DNA of 62,375 nucleotides from Elusimicrobiota bacterium (lineage in GTDB: Bacteria; Elusimicrobiota; Elusimicrobia; UBA1565). Of the stretch, positions 35,433-44,942 are shown in pieces (positions within the stretch are counted from its first letter, which is position 1; every line of letters starts with the position of its first letter). The stretch covers positions 1-62,375 of the forward strand of contig JBDREN010000190.1 in assembly GCA_043819795.1 (NCBI GenBank). Direction: 5' to 3'. Both the position numbers and the translations under genes were made by a program. The notes beneath the pieces were generated by a model that had not been told where the DNA came from, searched no databases, and was given only the letters and a program-made list of their open reading frames with translations.

Positions 35433-37274
35433 TTACTTCAGACCGAAAAGCTTCTTCCACCAGGGAGCCGGCTTCGGCTTCGGCCTCCTGGCGCGGGCCT
35501 CTTCCGGAGGCGGGACGTAATACGGCAGGGTGAAGAAGAACTTCGCTCCCTTGCCCGGCTCGCTCTCGAGCCACATCTGCCCTTTCTGCATGTGGATAAG
35601 GGCCTTCGCGATGGCGAGGCCGAGGCCGGTGCCGCCGACGTGCTTCTCGCCCGCGGCGATCTGGACGAACTTCTCGAAGACCTTCGGCTGCTCCTCTTCC
35701 GGGATGCCCGGCCCGGTATCCTCCACGGCGAACTGCACGAAGCGCTTCGCCGACTCGCCGCCGGGCCTGACGCTGACCCCGATGCTCCCTCCCTTCGGGG
35801 TGAACTTGATCGCGTTCGACAGGAGGTTGATGAGCACCTGGACCGACCGGGGGAGGTCGGCCTCCACCGTCTCCAAGCCGGGCTGCGCCGACGTCTCCAG
35901 GCGAAGGCCCTTCTTCTTGGCCCAGGGCTGCATGCTCTCGACCGCCTCTTCGGCGATCTTGTCCGCCTGGCAAGGCTTGGGCTCGACCGACATCTGCCCC
36001 GACTCGATCTTCGAGAAGTCGAGGATCCCGGTGATGAGGGTGTTGAGCCGGTCCGTGTTCCTCAGCGCGTTCTGGAACATGCGGTAGGCCTCGTCCTCCA
36101 TCTTCCCCGAGATCATGCCTTCGACGATCTCCAGCGCCGCGCGGATGGACGCCAGCGGGGCCCGGAGCTCGTGCGTCACGTGAGCCACGAACTCCCGCTC
36201 CATCCTCCCCAGCTCGCGGTGCTTGGCCTTGTCCGAGAGCGCCGAGACCATGCCGACGGGCTTGCCGGCCTCGTTGTGGATGACGACCGTCGAGCCCCGC
36301 AGCGTCCGCCGCGTGTCGTCGTTGGCGATGGTGTCGATGTCCTTGCTGATCTCCCGGTGGCCCGGAGCCTGGATCTCCTTGGCCAGCGAGACGAGGTGCT
36401 CCTCCTTCGCCCCGTCGCGCAGGAACTTCCCGGCCATCTCCACGAGCCGGGTCCCGAAAAGCTCCTCGGCCTCGGGGTTCATGGTGAGGACCTTGCCCGC
36501 CTCGTCCACGACGACCACGCCCTGGGCCATGTTCTCGACGACGGCCTTCGTCCGCGTCTGCTCGTTCTCGAGCGTCTGCTTCTGGTGCCGGAGCTCCTTG
36601 GTGGCCTCCGCGACCTTCTGCTCCAGGTCATCGCGCACCCGCCGCATGACCGCGTGAAGCAGCATCGCCTGGTCCCTGGGGTCCTTGGCGGCGGTCCGCA
36701 CGAGCTTCGCGATGGAGTCCTCGATCGGTTTCTCCTCGATCTCCTTGAGCAGGTCCTCGGTCGGCGCGGCCCGCTCGGGGGCCCCGGACTCGATCGGCGG
36801 CGGAGTGTCGGTCGCCTTCTCGACCTTCGTGTAGACGGCCTCGTTGAGCATGATGTGGGTCACGCTATTCTCCGCGAGGAACTGCTCCGGGCTGACGTCC
36901 TTCACCGCCTCCGGCCTCAGAGAGGCCATCTGGCAGAGAGCGCCCAGCTCCGCGTCGGTGACGCCGGTCCTGAAGGCGATGCTGTTGAGGCGGAAGCGCG
37001 AGAAGATCTGGGGCACCGAGTTGGGGACCTGGTCCAGCAGCCCCACGATATGCCCGTTCGCGAGAAGCTTTTCGTTGTCCACCGAAAAAACGATCTCCCC
37101 GGAGGGAGTCTCGGCGATGATCTCCGAGAGCATCTGGGCCGTCTCGCCTATCAGCTTTTGGACGGCCGGGTGGCTCGCGCTGTAGAGGCCCATCTGGCTC
37201 AAGGCCTTGCCGATGGCCTTCAATACGTCGAGGCAAGAAATCTCGAAGGGGGTCTTAGACGTCGGATCGGGCAT
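35433..37274 (-). CDS. Cytoplasmic PAS-domain sensor histidine kinase
   Basis: H-box HELRAPL, N-box NLLSNAIKF, DTGPGI, GTGLGL; PAS GVVVVD..N..AE; no TM. Confidence 0.93.
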   Translation of the reverse strand: MPDPTSKTPFEISCLDVLKAIGKALSQMGLYSASHPAVQKLIGETAQMLSEIIAETPSGEIVFSVDNEKLLANGHIVGLLDQVPNSVPQIFSRFRLNSIAFRTGVTDAELGALCQMASLRPEAVKDVSPEQFLAENSVTHIMLNEAVYTKVEKATDTPPPIESGAPERAAPTEDLLKEIEEKPIEDSIAKLVRTAAKDPRDQAMLLHAVMRRVRDDLEQKVAEATKELRHQKQTLENEQTRTKAVVENMAQGVVVVDEAGKVLTMNPEAEELFGTRLVEMAGKFLRDGAKEEHLVSLAKEIQAPGHREISKDIDTIANDDTRRTLRGSTVVIHNEAGKPVGMVSALSDKAKHRELGRMEREFVAHVTHELRAPLASIRAALEIVEGMISGKMEDEAYRMFQNALRNTDRLNTLITGILDFSKIESGQMSVEPKPCQADKIAEEAVESMQPWAKKKGLRLETSAQPGLETVEADLPRSVQVLINLLSNAIKFTPKGGSIGVSVRPGGESAKRFVQFAVEDTGPGIPEEEQPKVFEKFVQIAAGEKHVGGTGLGLAIAKALIHMQKGQMWLESEPGKGAKFFFTLPYYVPPPEEARARRPKPKPAPWWKKLFGLK

Positions 37275-37480
37275 CGTCTATCACCACCACAAACAGGTTC
37301 CGTGGCCGGGTCCGATCGTCCCCACAGGACCCGCCACCGCGCCCCTTCCGAGGCGCCTCCAGACGGGGCTATTCTATGTAATATCCGCCGGGAAGGCAAC
37401 GTGTCCGCCGCCCGGGCAGACGCGGGTTGCAACTGCGGCGCAGAAGTCCTATGATTGTGCGTCTATTCAAGAGAAACTCC

Positions 37481-38794
37481 ATGAAAACATACAATATCTG
37501 CATTGTCGGGACCGGCTACGTCGGCCTCGTGACGGGCGCGTGCATGGCTGAGATCGGCCACCATGTCGTCTGCGTCGACGCCGACCGGAAAAAAATCAAG
37601 ACCCTGAAGGCCGGGCTCTGCCCGATCCACGAGCCCGGTCTGCTGCCTCTTGTCAAGAAGAACGTCAAGGCGCGCCGCCTCGCCTTCACGCACTCGATCG
37701 CCGAGGGGATGCGCCACCGCGGACGCCGGGCCGAGGTGGTGTTCATCGCGGTCGGCACGCCTCCGCGGCCCGACGGCTCGGCCGACCTTTCCAGCGTCGA
37801 GGCGGTCGCCGCCGAGACCGCGCGAGCCATGCGCGACTATACGGTCATCGTCGACAAGTCCACGGTCCCGGTCGAGACCGGGGCCTGGGTCGACAAGACC
37901 GTGCGCCGCGTCAACAAGCGGGGCGTACCGTTCGACGTCACCTCGAACCCGGAGTTCCTCAGCGAGGGGAGCGCCGTGACCGACTTCATGCACCCGGACC
38001 GCATCGTCCTCGGGGTCTCCTCGCCGCGGGCCGAGAAGGTCCTGCGCGGCGTCTACGCGCCGCTGAAAGCCCCGATCCTGGTGACCGACGTAAAGAGCGC
38101 CGAGCTCATCAAGCACGCCTCGAACTCGTTCTTGGCGACGAAGATATCCTTCATCAACGCGGTCAGCCGCGTCTGCGAGGCCGTGGGCGCGGACGTGAAC
38201 CTCGTCGCCCAGGGGATGGGCCTCGACAAGCGCATCGGCGCGAGCTTCCTGCGCGCCGGCCTCGGGTTCGGCGGGTTCTGCTTCCCCAAAGACCTCGAAG
38301 CCTTCCTCGAGATAGCGAAGGGGAAAGGCTACGACTTCGAGCTGCTGCGCACGGTCAGCGAGATCAATAAGACCCAGAAGGACTGGGTACAGCGCCACGT
38401 CGAGGCCGAGCTCTGGAACCTCGAGGAGAAGCGCATCGCGGTCCTCGGGCTCGCGTTCAAGCCCCACACCGACGACCTGCGCTTCGCCCCGAGCCTGGAC
38501 ATCATCAAGCGCCTGCAGTCCCACCGGGTCCGGGTCTGCGCCCACGACCCGGTCGCCATGCCCAAGGCGCGCGCGCTCCTTAAAGGGGTGAGCTTCGCCG
38601 AGGACCCGTACGCCACGGCCAAGGGCGCCGACTGCCTGGTCATCGTGACGGAGTGGCCGGAGTACAAGGACCTCGACCTGCGCCGCATCTACCGGCTCAT
38701 GCGGAACCCGGTCATCCTGGACGGACGCAACCTCTACGATCCCGCGACGATCCGGAAGCTCGGCTTCGCCTACCATTCCGTGGGACGCCCATGA
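37481..38794 (+). CDS. ugd: UDP-glucose 6-dehydrogenase
   Basis: GTGYVGL, KSTVP, NPEFL.EG, GFGG.CFPKD. Confidence 0.95.
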   Translation: MKTYNICIVGTGYVGLVTGACMAEIGHHVVCVDADRKKIKTLKAGLCPIHEPGLLPLVKKNVKARRLAFTHSIAEGMRHRGRRAEVVFIAVGTPPRPDGSADLSSVEAVAAETARAMRDYTVIVDKSTVPVETGAWVDKTVRRVNKRGVPFDVTSNPEFLSEGSAVTDFMHPDRIVLGVSSPRAEKVLRGVYAPLKAPILVTDVKSAELIKHASNSFLATKISFINAVSRVCEAVGADVNLVAQGMGLDKRIGASFLRAGLGFGGFCFPKDLEAFLEIAKGKGYDFELLRTVSEINKTQKDWVQRHVEAELWNLEEKRIAVLGLAFKPHTDDLRFAPSLDIIKRLQSHRVRVCAHDPVAMPKARALLKGVSFAEDPYATAKGADCLVIVTEWPEYKDLDLRRIYRLMRNPVILDGRNLYDPATIRKLGFAYHSVGRP

Positions 38795-39750
38795 AGGGAC
38801 GGCGCGCGGCAGGAGGGCGACGCCGGCGCCGGATACTCATCACCGGCGCGGCCGGCTTCATCGGGAGCCACCTGGCCGAGCACCTGCTGGGGAGAGGCGA
38901 CGACGTCATCGGGATCGACAACTTCCTCACCGGCCGGGTCGAGAACATCGACCACCTGTTCAAGGACCCGGGCTTCACGTTCATCCAGCAGGACGTCACG
39001 AACTTCATCCATGCCCCGGGCAGGCTCGACGCCGTACTGCACTTCGCCAGCCCGGCCAGCCCCATCGACTACGCGCAATACCCGATTCCGACGCTGAAGG
39101 TGGGCGCGCTCGGCACGCACAAGGCCTTGGGCTTGGCCAAGGACAAAAAGGCGCTCTTCATGCTCGCCTCGACCTCCGAGGTCTACGGCGATCCGCAGGT
39201 GAACCCCCAGCCCGAGTCCTACTGGGGCAACGTGAACCCCATCGGTCCGCGCGGCGTCTACGACGAAGCGAAACGCTTCGCGGAGGCGATGGCGATGGCC
39301 TACCACCGCTTCCACGGGATGCAGGTCCGCATCGTCCGGATATTCAACACCTTCGGCCCGCGCATGCGCCGGGCCGACGGACGCGCGGTCCCCAACTTCA
39401 TCACCCAGGCCCTAAAGAACAAGCCGATCACCGTCTACGGCAAAGGCACCCAGACGCGCAGCCTCTGCTACATCTCGGACCTCGTCGACGGCATCTGCCG
39501 CCTGCTGGACTCGCGCCTGAACACGCCGATGAACCTCGGCAACCCGCGCGAGATGACGATGAACGAACTCGCCGAGACCATCCGCCGCATCGCCGGGTCG
39601 AAGTCCAGGATCGTCCACCAGCCGCTCCCGGTCGACGACCCGAAGGTCCGGCACCCGGACATCGCGCTCGCCAGCAAAGCTCTCGGATGGCGCCCGAAGG
39701 TCACGCTCGAGAAGGGCCTCGCCCGGACGATCGAGCACTTCCGCGGTTAG
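38791..39750 (+). CDS. UDP-glucuronate decarboxylase (UDP-xylose synthase)-like SDR
   Basis: [43 protein letters not shown]. Confidence 0.92.
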   Translation: MKGRRAAGGRRRRRILITGAAGFIGSHLAEHLLGRGDDVIGIDNFLTGRVENIDHLFKDPGFTFIQQDVTNFIHAPGRLDAVLHFASPASPIDYAQYPIPTLKVGALGTHKALGLAKDKKALFMLASTSEVYGDPQVNPQPESYWGNVNPIGPRGVYDEAKRFAEAMAMAYHRFHGMQVRIVRIFNTFGPRMRRADGRAVPNFITQALKNKPITVYGKGTQTRSLCYISDLVDGICRLLDSRLNTPMNLGNPREMTMNELAETIRRIAGSKSRIVHQPLPVDDPKVRHPDIALASKALGWRPKVTLEKGLARTIEHFRG

Positions 39751-40452
39751 GTGCTGACGGTCGTCATTCCCTGCTATAACGAAGCGGAGGGGGTGCCGCG
39801 CATTGAAGCGGAGCTCTTTCCGGTCCTGGAGAGCCTCGACGGCCCCTGCCAGGTGATCGCCGTGAACGACGGCTCGGACGACGCCACGGGCCGCCTCCTC
39901 GCCGAAGCGGCCTCGCGCCGCCGGGACATGCGGGTCCTGTCGCACCATGAGAACCGGGGTCTCGGCGCCGCCCTGCGGACCGGGCTTTCGGCCGCGGACG
40001 GCGACTGGCTCGTCTTCCTGGACGCCGACCTCACGTTCCACCCCCGCCACATCCCGGCGCTGGTCCGCGCCCAGCGGGACTCCGGCGCCGACTGTGTCTC
40101 GGGCTCGCCGAGCCTCAGCGGAGCCCCCGGCGTGCCGCTCGCCCGGCGTCTGCCGAGCCTCGCGCTCAACGCATTCTACCGCGGGCTCTTCGACCGGCGC
40201 CTCACCTCCTATACTCCGATGTTCCGCCTCTACCGGACCGCCGCTCTGCGCGCGGTGCCGCTGCGGAGCGACGGCTTCGAGATCTCGGTCGAGATCCTGG
40301 TCGGCTTGCTCCGGGCCGGCCGCCGCGTCATCGAGATCCCGGTGCCGCTGACCGTCCGCGGCACCGGGGAATCCAAGCTGCGGCGCTGGCGGGAGCTGGC
40401 GAACCACGCCGCCCTCGCCTGGCGCCTTCTCCGCCCAAAGCCTCCGTATTGA
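39751..40452 (+). CDS. GT2 glycosyltransferase (DPM1-like)
   Basis: PCYNEA, NDGSDD, NRGLGAA..TG, DAD. Confidence 0.9.
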   Translation: MLTVVIPCYNEAEGVPRIEAELFPVLESLDGPCQVIAVNDGSDDATGRLLAEAASRRRDMRVLSHHENRGLGAALRTGLSAADGDWLVFLDADLTFHPRHIPALVRAQRDSGADCVSGSPSLSGAPGVPLARRLPSLALNAFYRGLFDRRLTSYTPMFRLYRTAALRAVPLRSDGFEISVEILVGLLRAGRRVIEIPVPLTVRGTGESKLRRWRELANHAALAWRLLRPKPPY

Positions 40453-40459
40453 AAAGTTA

Positions 40460-40732
40460 GCGCTCGTTACGCAATAAGTGGATGGATCTTGGGCGTCGAG
40501 ACGCCCGGCTGGCAAGGCGCGAGGAGCGAGCATACCCCTCGGTATGTGAGCGCTCCAAAGCATGTCCCGAGGTCGCGCGGCACTGGGCCCCTACCGGGGC
40601 CCGGTGTGAGCAACGAGGCCGCTTCCCGACGGCGTCTGGACGCGGCACTTCCTCGCGATAACGCTCGGTCGCAACGCAGCCAGACGGGATGCATCGACGT
40701 CCAAAAACGTTCACTTTTTTCGTAACGAGCCC
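40460..40732. mobile_element. MITE-like element, copy 1
   Basis: Imperfect terminal inverted repeats (G.GCTCGTTACG.AA.AAGTG), TTA on both flanks, core shared with 44618-44776. Confidence 0.72.
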
Positions 40733-40898
40733 TTAACACGTCCCTGGTAGCTTATTAGGGTAAGATCGCCGAGCCGCCCGCCGAAACGCGGATCGGAAGC
40801 CCCGACCGCCTCCGGCATGCAGGGCGGGGCCACGCTTCGCCGGCGGGACGGCTTCGTTTTTCTCTGGATATCCGTCACAGGCATCATGGAGCGCCATC

Positions 40899-43800
40899 AT
40901 GGATAAACAGTTCTTCGATCCGGCCACGGTCAACGACGTGGAGACCGCGCGCCTGGCCCTGCGCTGGTCGCTGGAGAAGATCCACTCGCTCCAAGACGAG
41001 GGCAACCAGGCCAAGGAGACCTCCCGCGACGCGGTCGAGAAGCTGCGCCAGGCGACCGATCAGATCGCCCAAAAGGACGCGGCGATCATGCGCTGGCAGG
41101 GCACGATCAAGTCCTGGGAATCCAATTGGAAGGACCAGCAGAAGCTCGAGGAGGAGATCCGCGAGCGCCTCCGCAAGGAGATGACGCACGAGGAGGACGA
41201 ACACCAGAAGGAGGTCCGCCGCCAGCTCCAGCTCCAGATCGAAGTCCATCAGCGGGAGATCGCCGAAAAGGAGGCCTCCATCGGCGATCTCCGCCACCAG
41301 CTCATCGACGCCGTCAAGAACGCGCGCATCGAGAAAGAAAAGGAGATGGAGGATATCCTCGCCCACCAGGAGCGGTCGCTCGAGGAGACCAAGCAGTCGC
41401 TCTTGGAGCGCCTGCGCATCCAGCATGAGGTCATCCGCAGCAAGGAGCGCGACCTCGAGGACCAGCAGCGGCTCCTGGACGAGCGGATCAAAGCCAAGGA
41501 GATGGAGTTCCGGCGCAAGTACGAGCGCTACGAAGAGGAGCTGCTCAAGCACAATCGCGAGGCCCTCGCGCGCGAGGAAGAGAACCTCGAGCAGCGCTTC
41601 GAGGCCAAGGTGGCTCACAACGAGACAGTCCTGCGCCAGAAGGAAGCCCAGCTCGACGGGCGCCGCAAGCAACTCGACGAAGCGCACGCCAAGCGCCTGG
41701 AAGAGCTCGAGGCGGCTCACCAGCACAAATACGAAGGCGAGTGGGGACGCCTCCAGGAGCGGCTGGACGCGGAGCGAACGCTCCTCGAGGGGCATTACCG
41801 CCAGAAGGAGGCCAAGCTCGACGAGGACGTCATACGCCGGACCCAGGAGGTCCAGCTCCACTACCAGAAGGCCGAGGAGGCCCTGGTCGCGAAGTACGAG
41901 GCGATCCAGAAGCAGCTCGCCGGCAAGCAGGAGGAGCTCTGGGCGGGGCGCCAGAAGAGCCTCGACGCGACCCTCGCGAAGAACCGCGCGGAGCTCTCGC
42001 TCCGGTACGAGGAGCTCGAGGCCGCCTTCGTCGCGAAGGAGGCCGAGGTATTCGAGAAGCACAAGGCCCTCGAAGCCGAGTTCGAGAAGAAGGATGCGGC
42101 CCTCTTCGCGCGCTATCAAAAGCAGCAGGACGAGTTCCGGGCCCGGGAAGCCGCGCTGATCGAGCAGCACCACCGGACGCAGGCCGAGTCGGTCGAGAAG
42201 GCCAAGGGGCACTGGGAGCAGCAGATCCAGAAGCTCAACGAGGCAACGCAGGCCCAGAGGCAGAAGCTCGCGGCCGACCGGGAGGAGCTGGACGCGCGCT
42301 ATCGAGCCAAGGAGGAGGAACTTTTCCATAAGCGGCAGGAGCTCGAGGCCGAGCGGGCGCGGACCAAGGGCGAATCCGAGGAGCGCTTCAAGGAGCGCGC
42401 CGATAAGCTGGAGGAGCAATACCGCGGCAAGGTCGAGGAGTTGGAGGAGCAATACCGCGGCAAGGTCGAGGAGCTGGACGAGCGCTCGAAGCGGATGCAG
42501 GCTTCGGCCGCCCAGCACTGGGCCCAGCGGGAGAAGGACCTGCAGGCCGAGCACCAGAGGTCCCTCGATGAGGCGCGGGCGCGTTTCGCCGCCGAGCTCG
42601 ACGCCGAACGCCGCGGCCTGGAAGCCGCCCACACGAAACGCAGCGAGGAGCTCACGCACGCCTATCTCACCAAGGACACCGAGCTGCGCCAACGCCTGCA
42701 GGCCGAGCAGAGCGCGTGGCTGCGCGAGCAGGACGCCGCCTTCGAGGCGCTGCGCAAGGAGCTCATCGAGAAGCAGACGACGGAGACGACGGCGCTGCAC
42801 GCCCAGTACGAGCAGCGCATCCAGGCGCTCGAGACCGACAAGAGCAAGAAGCTCCTCGAGGAGCGCAGGACCCTCAACGCCGAGTTCAAGAAGATGGGCG
42901 AGGAGCTCGAGGCGCGTCACCAGGCGATGCGCAAGAGCCTGGAGGAGGAGATGGGCCGCAAGTCGGCCGAGGCCGTCGCGGAGGCGCGCCGGAAGATCGA
43001 GGAGGAGCGGGCCCGGCTCCGCGAGACCGACGCCGGACGCGAGAAGTCCCTGGAAGCGGCGAGCGCCAAGCTCGCTCAGGAACGGGCCGCCGTCGAGACG
43101 CACCACAAGGACCTCCAAGAGAGGCTCGCCGCCGCCTACGAGCAGAAGGAACGCGGGCTGCGGGAGGAATCCTTCGCCCGCGAGGCCGCGCTGAAGACGG
43201 AGATCGCGAAGAAAGAAGACACCTACCGCAAGACCTACGAGGAGGCGCTGGCCCGGGAGAATCGGTCGGTGCAATCCCGCGGCGCACAGATCGAGCAGCG
43301 CCTGCGCGCGCACTACGAGCAAAAAGAGCGTGAGTCCCAGGAGTCCTGGGCGAAGCGGGAACAGGAGGCGCTCGTCCAGCGCGAGGAGCAGTCAAAGGCC
43401 GAGCGCGACCGTCTCGAGGACGCGTACCAGCAGAAGGAGCAGATCCTCAAGAACCTGCGGCAGAGCCTCGAGGAACGCTACCATAGCCGCGTGCGCGAGG
43501 TCGACGCGGCCCTGCAGGCGAAGTCCCAGCGCCTGGAGGAGTCCACGCAACGCCAGCACGACGAGCTCGAGGCCACGCGCATGCAGCTGACGATCGAGGC
43601 TCGCAGCCGCGAAGCCCAGCTCCAGGAGAACTTCCGCCAGCGCGAGGAGCACCTCAAGCGGATCCTCGACGAGCGGAAGGCCGAGCTCTCCCAGATGGAA
43701 GCCCAGTTCCAGACGAAATGGGTGCAGCGCGAGGCCCAGCTCCAGGAGGAGCTCACGGCTCGCGAGACCGCCTGGCTTGAGTCGCAGCGCGAGACCCTGT

Positions 43801-44618
43801 CCAAGGAGCGGGCCCAGTGGGAGACGGCTAGGGAGAGCGAGCGGGAGGACCGCCGCCGCGAGCTGGAGCTCGCCTACCAGCAGAAGGAGAAGATGCTCGA
43901 TGAGACCGTCCGCAACCGCCAGAAGGAGGTCGAGGCGGTGCTCACCCACAAGGAGAAAGACCTCATCCTCGCCTACGAGGACCGGCTGTTCAAGACCCGC
44001 ACCGAGTTCGACACATCCTACCGCGCCCGCGAGGAGTCCCTGGAGCTCAAGTACCTCGAGCTAGAGAGGAAGCTGACCGCCACCCGCGTGGCCAAGGAGA
44101 ACGCCTGGAACATCCAGAGGCAGGAGATCCTGGAGCGGCAGATCCAGGAGCTGCGCAAGGAGTTCGAGGAGAGACAGGCCGAGCTCGAGGCCCGCGGCAA
44201 GATGATGGAGCGAGAGCACGACGAGCGCATCAAGGAGCTCGAGAAGCAGTACGACCGGAAGCGCCGCGAGGCCGAAACCGCCCTCGCGCAGGAGCGCGAC
44301 TCCGTGCGCGCGTTCCTGGACCGCCGGTCGAAGGAGCTCGAGGAGGCCTATCGCGAGAAGTTCGCCGAGCTCGAGAAGGAGAAGAACCGCGCGAGCGCCT
44401 GGCTCCAGCACAAGGAGGAGGAGATGCTGGAGCAGCACCAGCGCCGCGAGAGCGAGCTGCGCAAGACATGGGAGCTCAAGCAGCTCGAAATGGCGCACCA
44501 GTTCGAGGAGAAGCTGAGGAAGCTGGCCGAGGAGCGGGAGAGTCTCCAGAAGGACTACGAGCGGCGCGTCCGGGAGTTGGAGCTCCGCGGAAAGGGCCGC
44601 CCCCACACGGAAGATTAG
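40899..44618 (+). CDS. Giant coiled-coil protein (1239 aa)
   Basis: E/K/R/Q/A/L-rich, essentially Pro-free, no ATPase or TM motifs; exact 11-aa tandem duplication. Confidence 0.9.
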   Translation: MDKQFFDPATVNDVETARLALRWSLEKIHSLQDEGNQAKETSRDAVEKLRQATDQIAQKDAAIMRWQGTIKSWESNWKDQQKLEEEIRERLRKEMTHEEDEHQKEVRRQLQLQIEVHQREIAEKEASIGDLRHQLIDAVKNARIEKEKEMEDILAHQERSLEETKQSLLERLRIQHEVIRSKERDLEDQQRLLDERIKAKEMEFRRKYERYEEELLKHNREALAREEENLEQRFEAKVAHNETVLRQKEAQLDGRRKQLDEAHAKRLEELEAAHQHKYEGEWGRLQERLDAERTLLEGHYRQKEAKLDEDVIRRTQEVQLHYQKAEEALVAKYEAIQKQLAGKQEELWAGRQKSLDATLAKNRAELSLRYEELEAAFVAKEAEVFEKHKALEAEFEKKDAALFARYQKQQDEFRAREAALIEQHHRTQAESVEKAKGHWEQQIQKLNEATQAQRQKLAADREELDARYRAKEEELFHKRQELEAERARTKGESEERFKERADKLEEQYRGKVEELEEQYRGKVEELDERSKRMQASAAQHWAQREKDLQAEHQRSLDEARARFAAELDAERRGLEAAHTKRSEELTHAYLTKDTELRQRLQAEQSAWLREQDAAFEALRKELIEKQTTETTALHAQYEQRIQALETDKSKKLLEERRTLNAEFKKMGEELEARHQAMRKSLEEEMGRKSAEAVAEARRKIEEERARLRETDAGREKSLEAASAKLAQERAAVETHHKDLQERLAAAYEQKERGLREESFAREAALKTEIAKKEDTYRKTYEEALARENRSVQSRGAQIEQRLRAHYEQKERESQESWAKREQEALVQREEQSKAERDRLEDAYQQKEQILKNLRQSLEERYHSRVREVDAALQAKSQRLEESTQRQHDELEATRMQLTIEARSREAQLQENFRQREEHLKRILDERKAELSQMEAQFQTKWVQREAQLQEELTARETAWLESQRETLSKERAQWETARESEREDRRRELELAYQQKEKMLDETVRNRQKEVEAVLTHKEKDLILAYEDRLFKTRTEFDTSYRAREESLELKYLELERKLTATRVAKENAWNIQRQEILERQIQELRKEFEERQAELEARGKMMEREHDERIKELEKQYDRKRREAETALAQERDSVRAFLDRRSKELEEAYREKFAELEKEKNRASAWLQHKEEEMLEQHQRRESELRKTWELKQLEMAHQFEEKLRKLAEERESLQKDYERRVRELELRGKGRPHTED

Positions 44619-44776
44619 GGCTCGGAAAGAAATAAAGGTGTCGATTTCGGGCGTCGAGGCGCCCGGCCGGCAAGGCGCGAGGAGGGAGCATACCCGTCGG
44701 TATGTGACCGACCAGCAACGCGGCCGGCCGGGATGCATCGGCGTCCAAAACGACACCTTTATTTCTTTCCGAGCCC
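44618..44776. mobile_element. MITE-like element, copy 2
   Basis: 26-bp perfect TIR GGGCTCGGAAAGAAATAAAGGTGTCG, TTA on both flanks. Confidence 0.75.
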
Positions 44777-44942
44777 TTAGCTCGGATTCCCCAGTTGGGC
44801 GCGTGGGACCGAGACGCGAGAGGCCGAGGACAGTCCGACGCGAAATCCGGAGAGCGTACCCGCCGCGGTATTTCAGCTCCGGCGTCCGCGACGTCGCGGG
44901 ATCGTTCCTTCCGCTCCGCGGGAAGGATGATCGCGCCCCTTG

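Noticed and set aside
40884..43322. 812-aa antisense Leu-rich ORF and similar long shadow ORFs (8695-10947, 13569-15404, 35592-37454, 47281-49710)
   Set aside because: Antisense shadows of real genes caused by high GC3
40899..44618. SMC or phage tape-measure protein
   Set aside because: No Walker A/B or hinge, no hydrophobic segments, no phage genes nearby
44780..44940. Possible ncRNA between convergent genes
   Set aside because: Only local GC hairpins; no second copy or recognisable family seen
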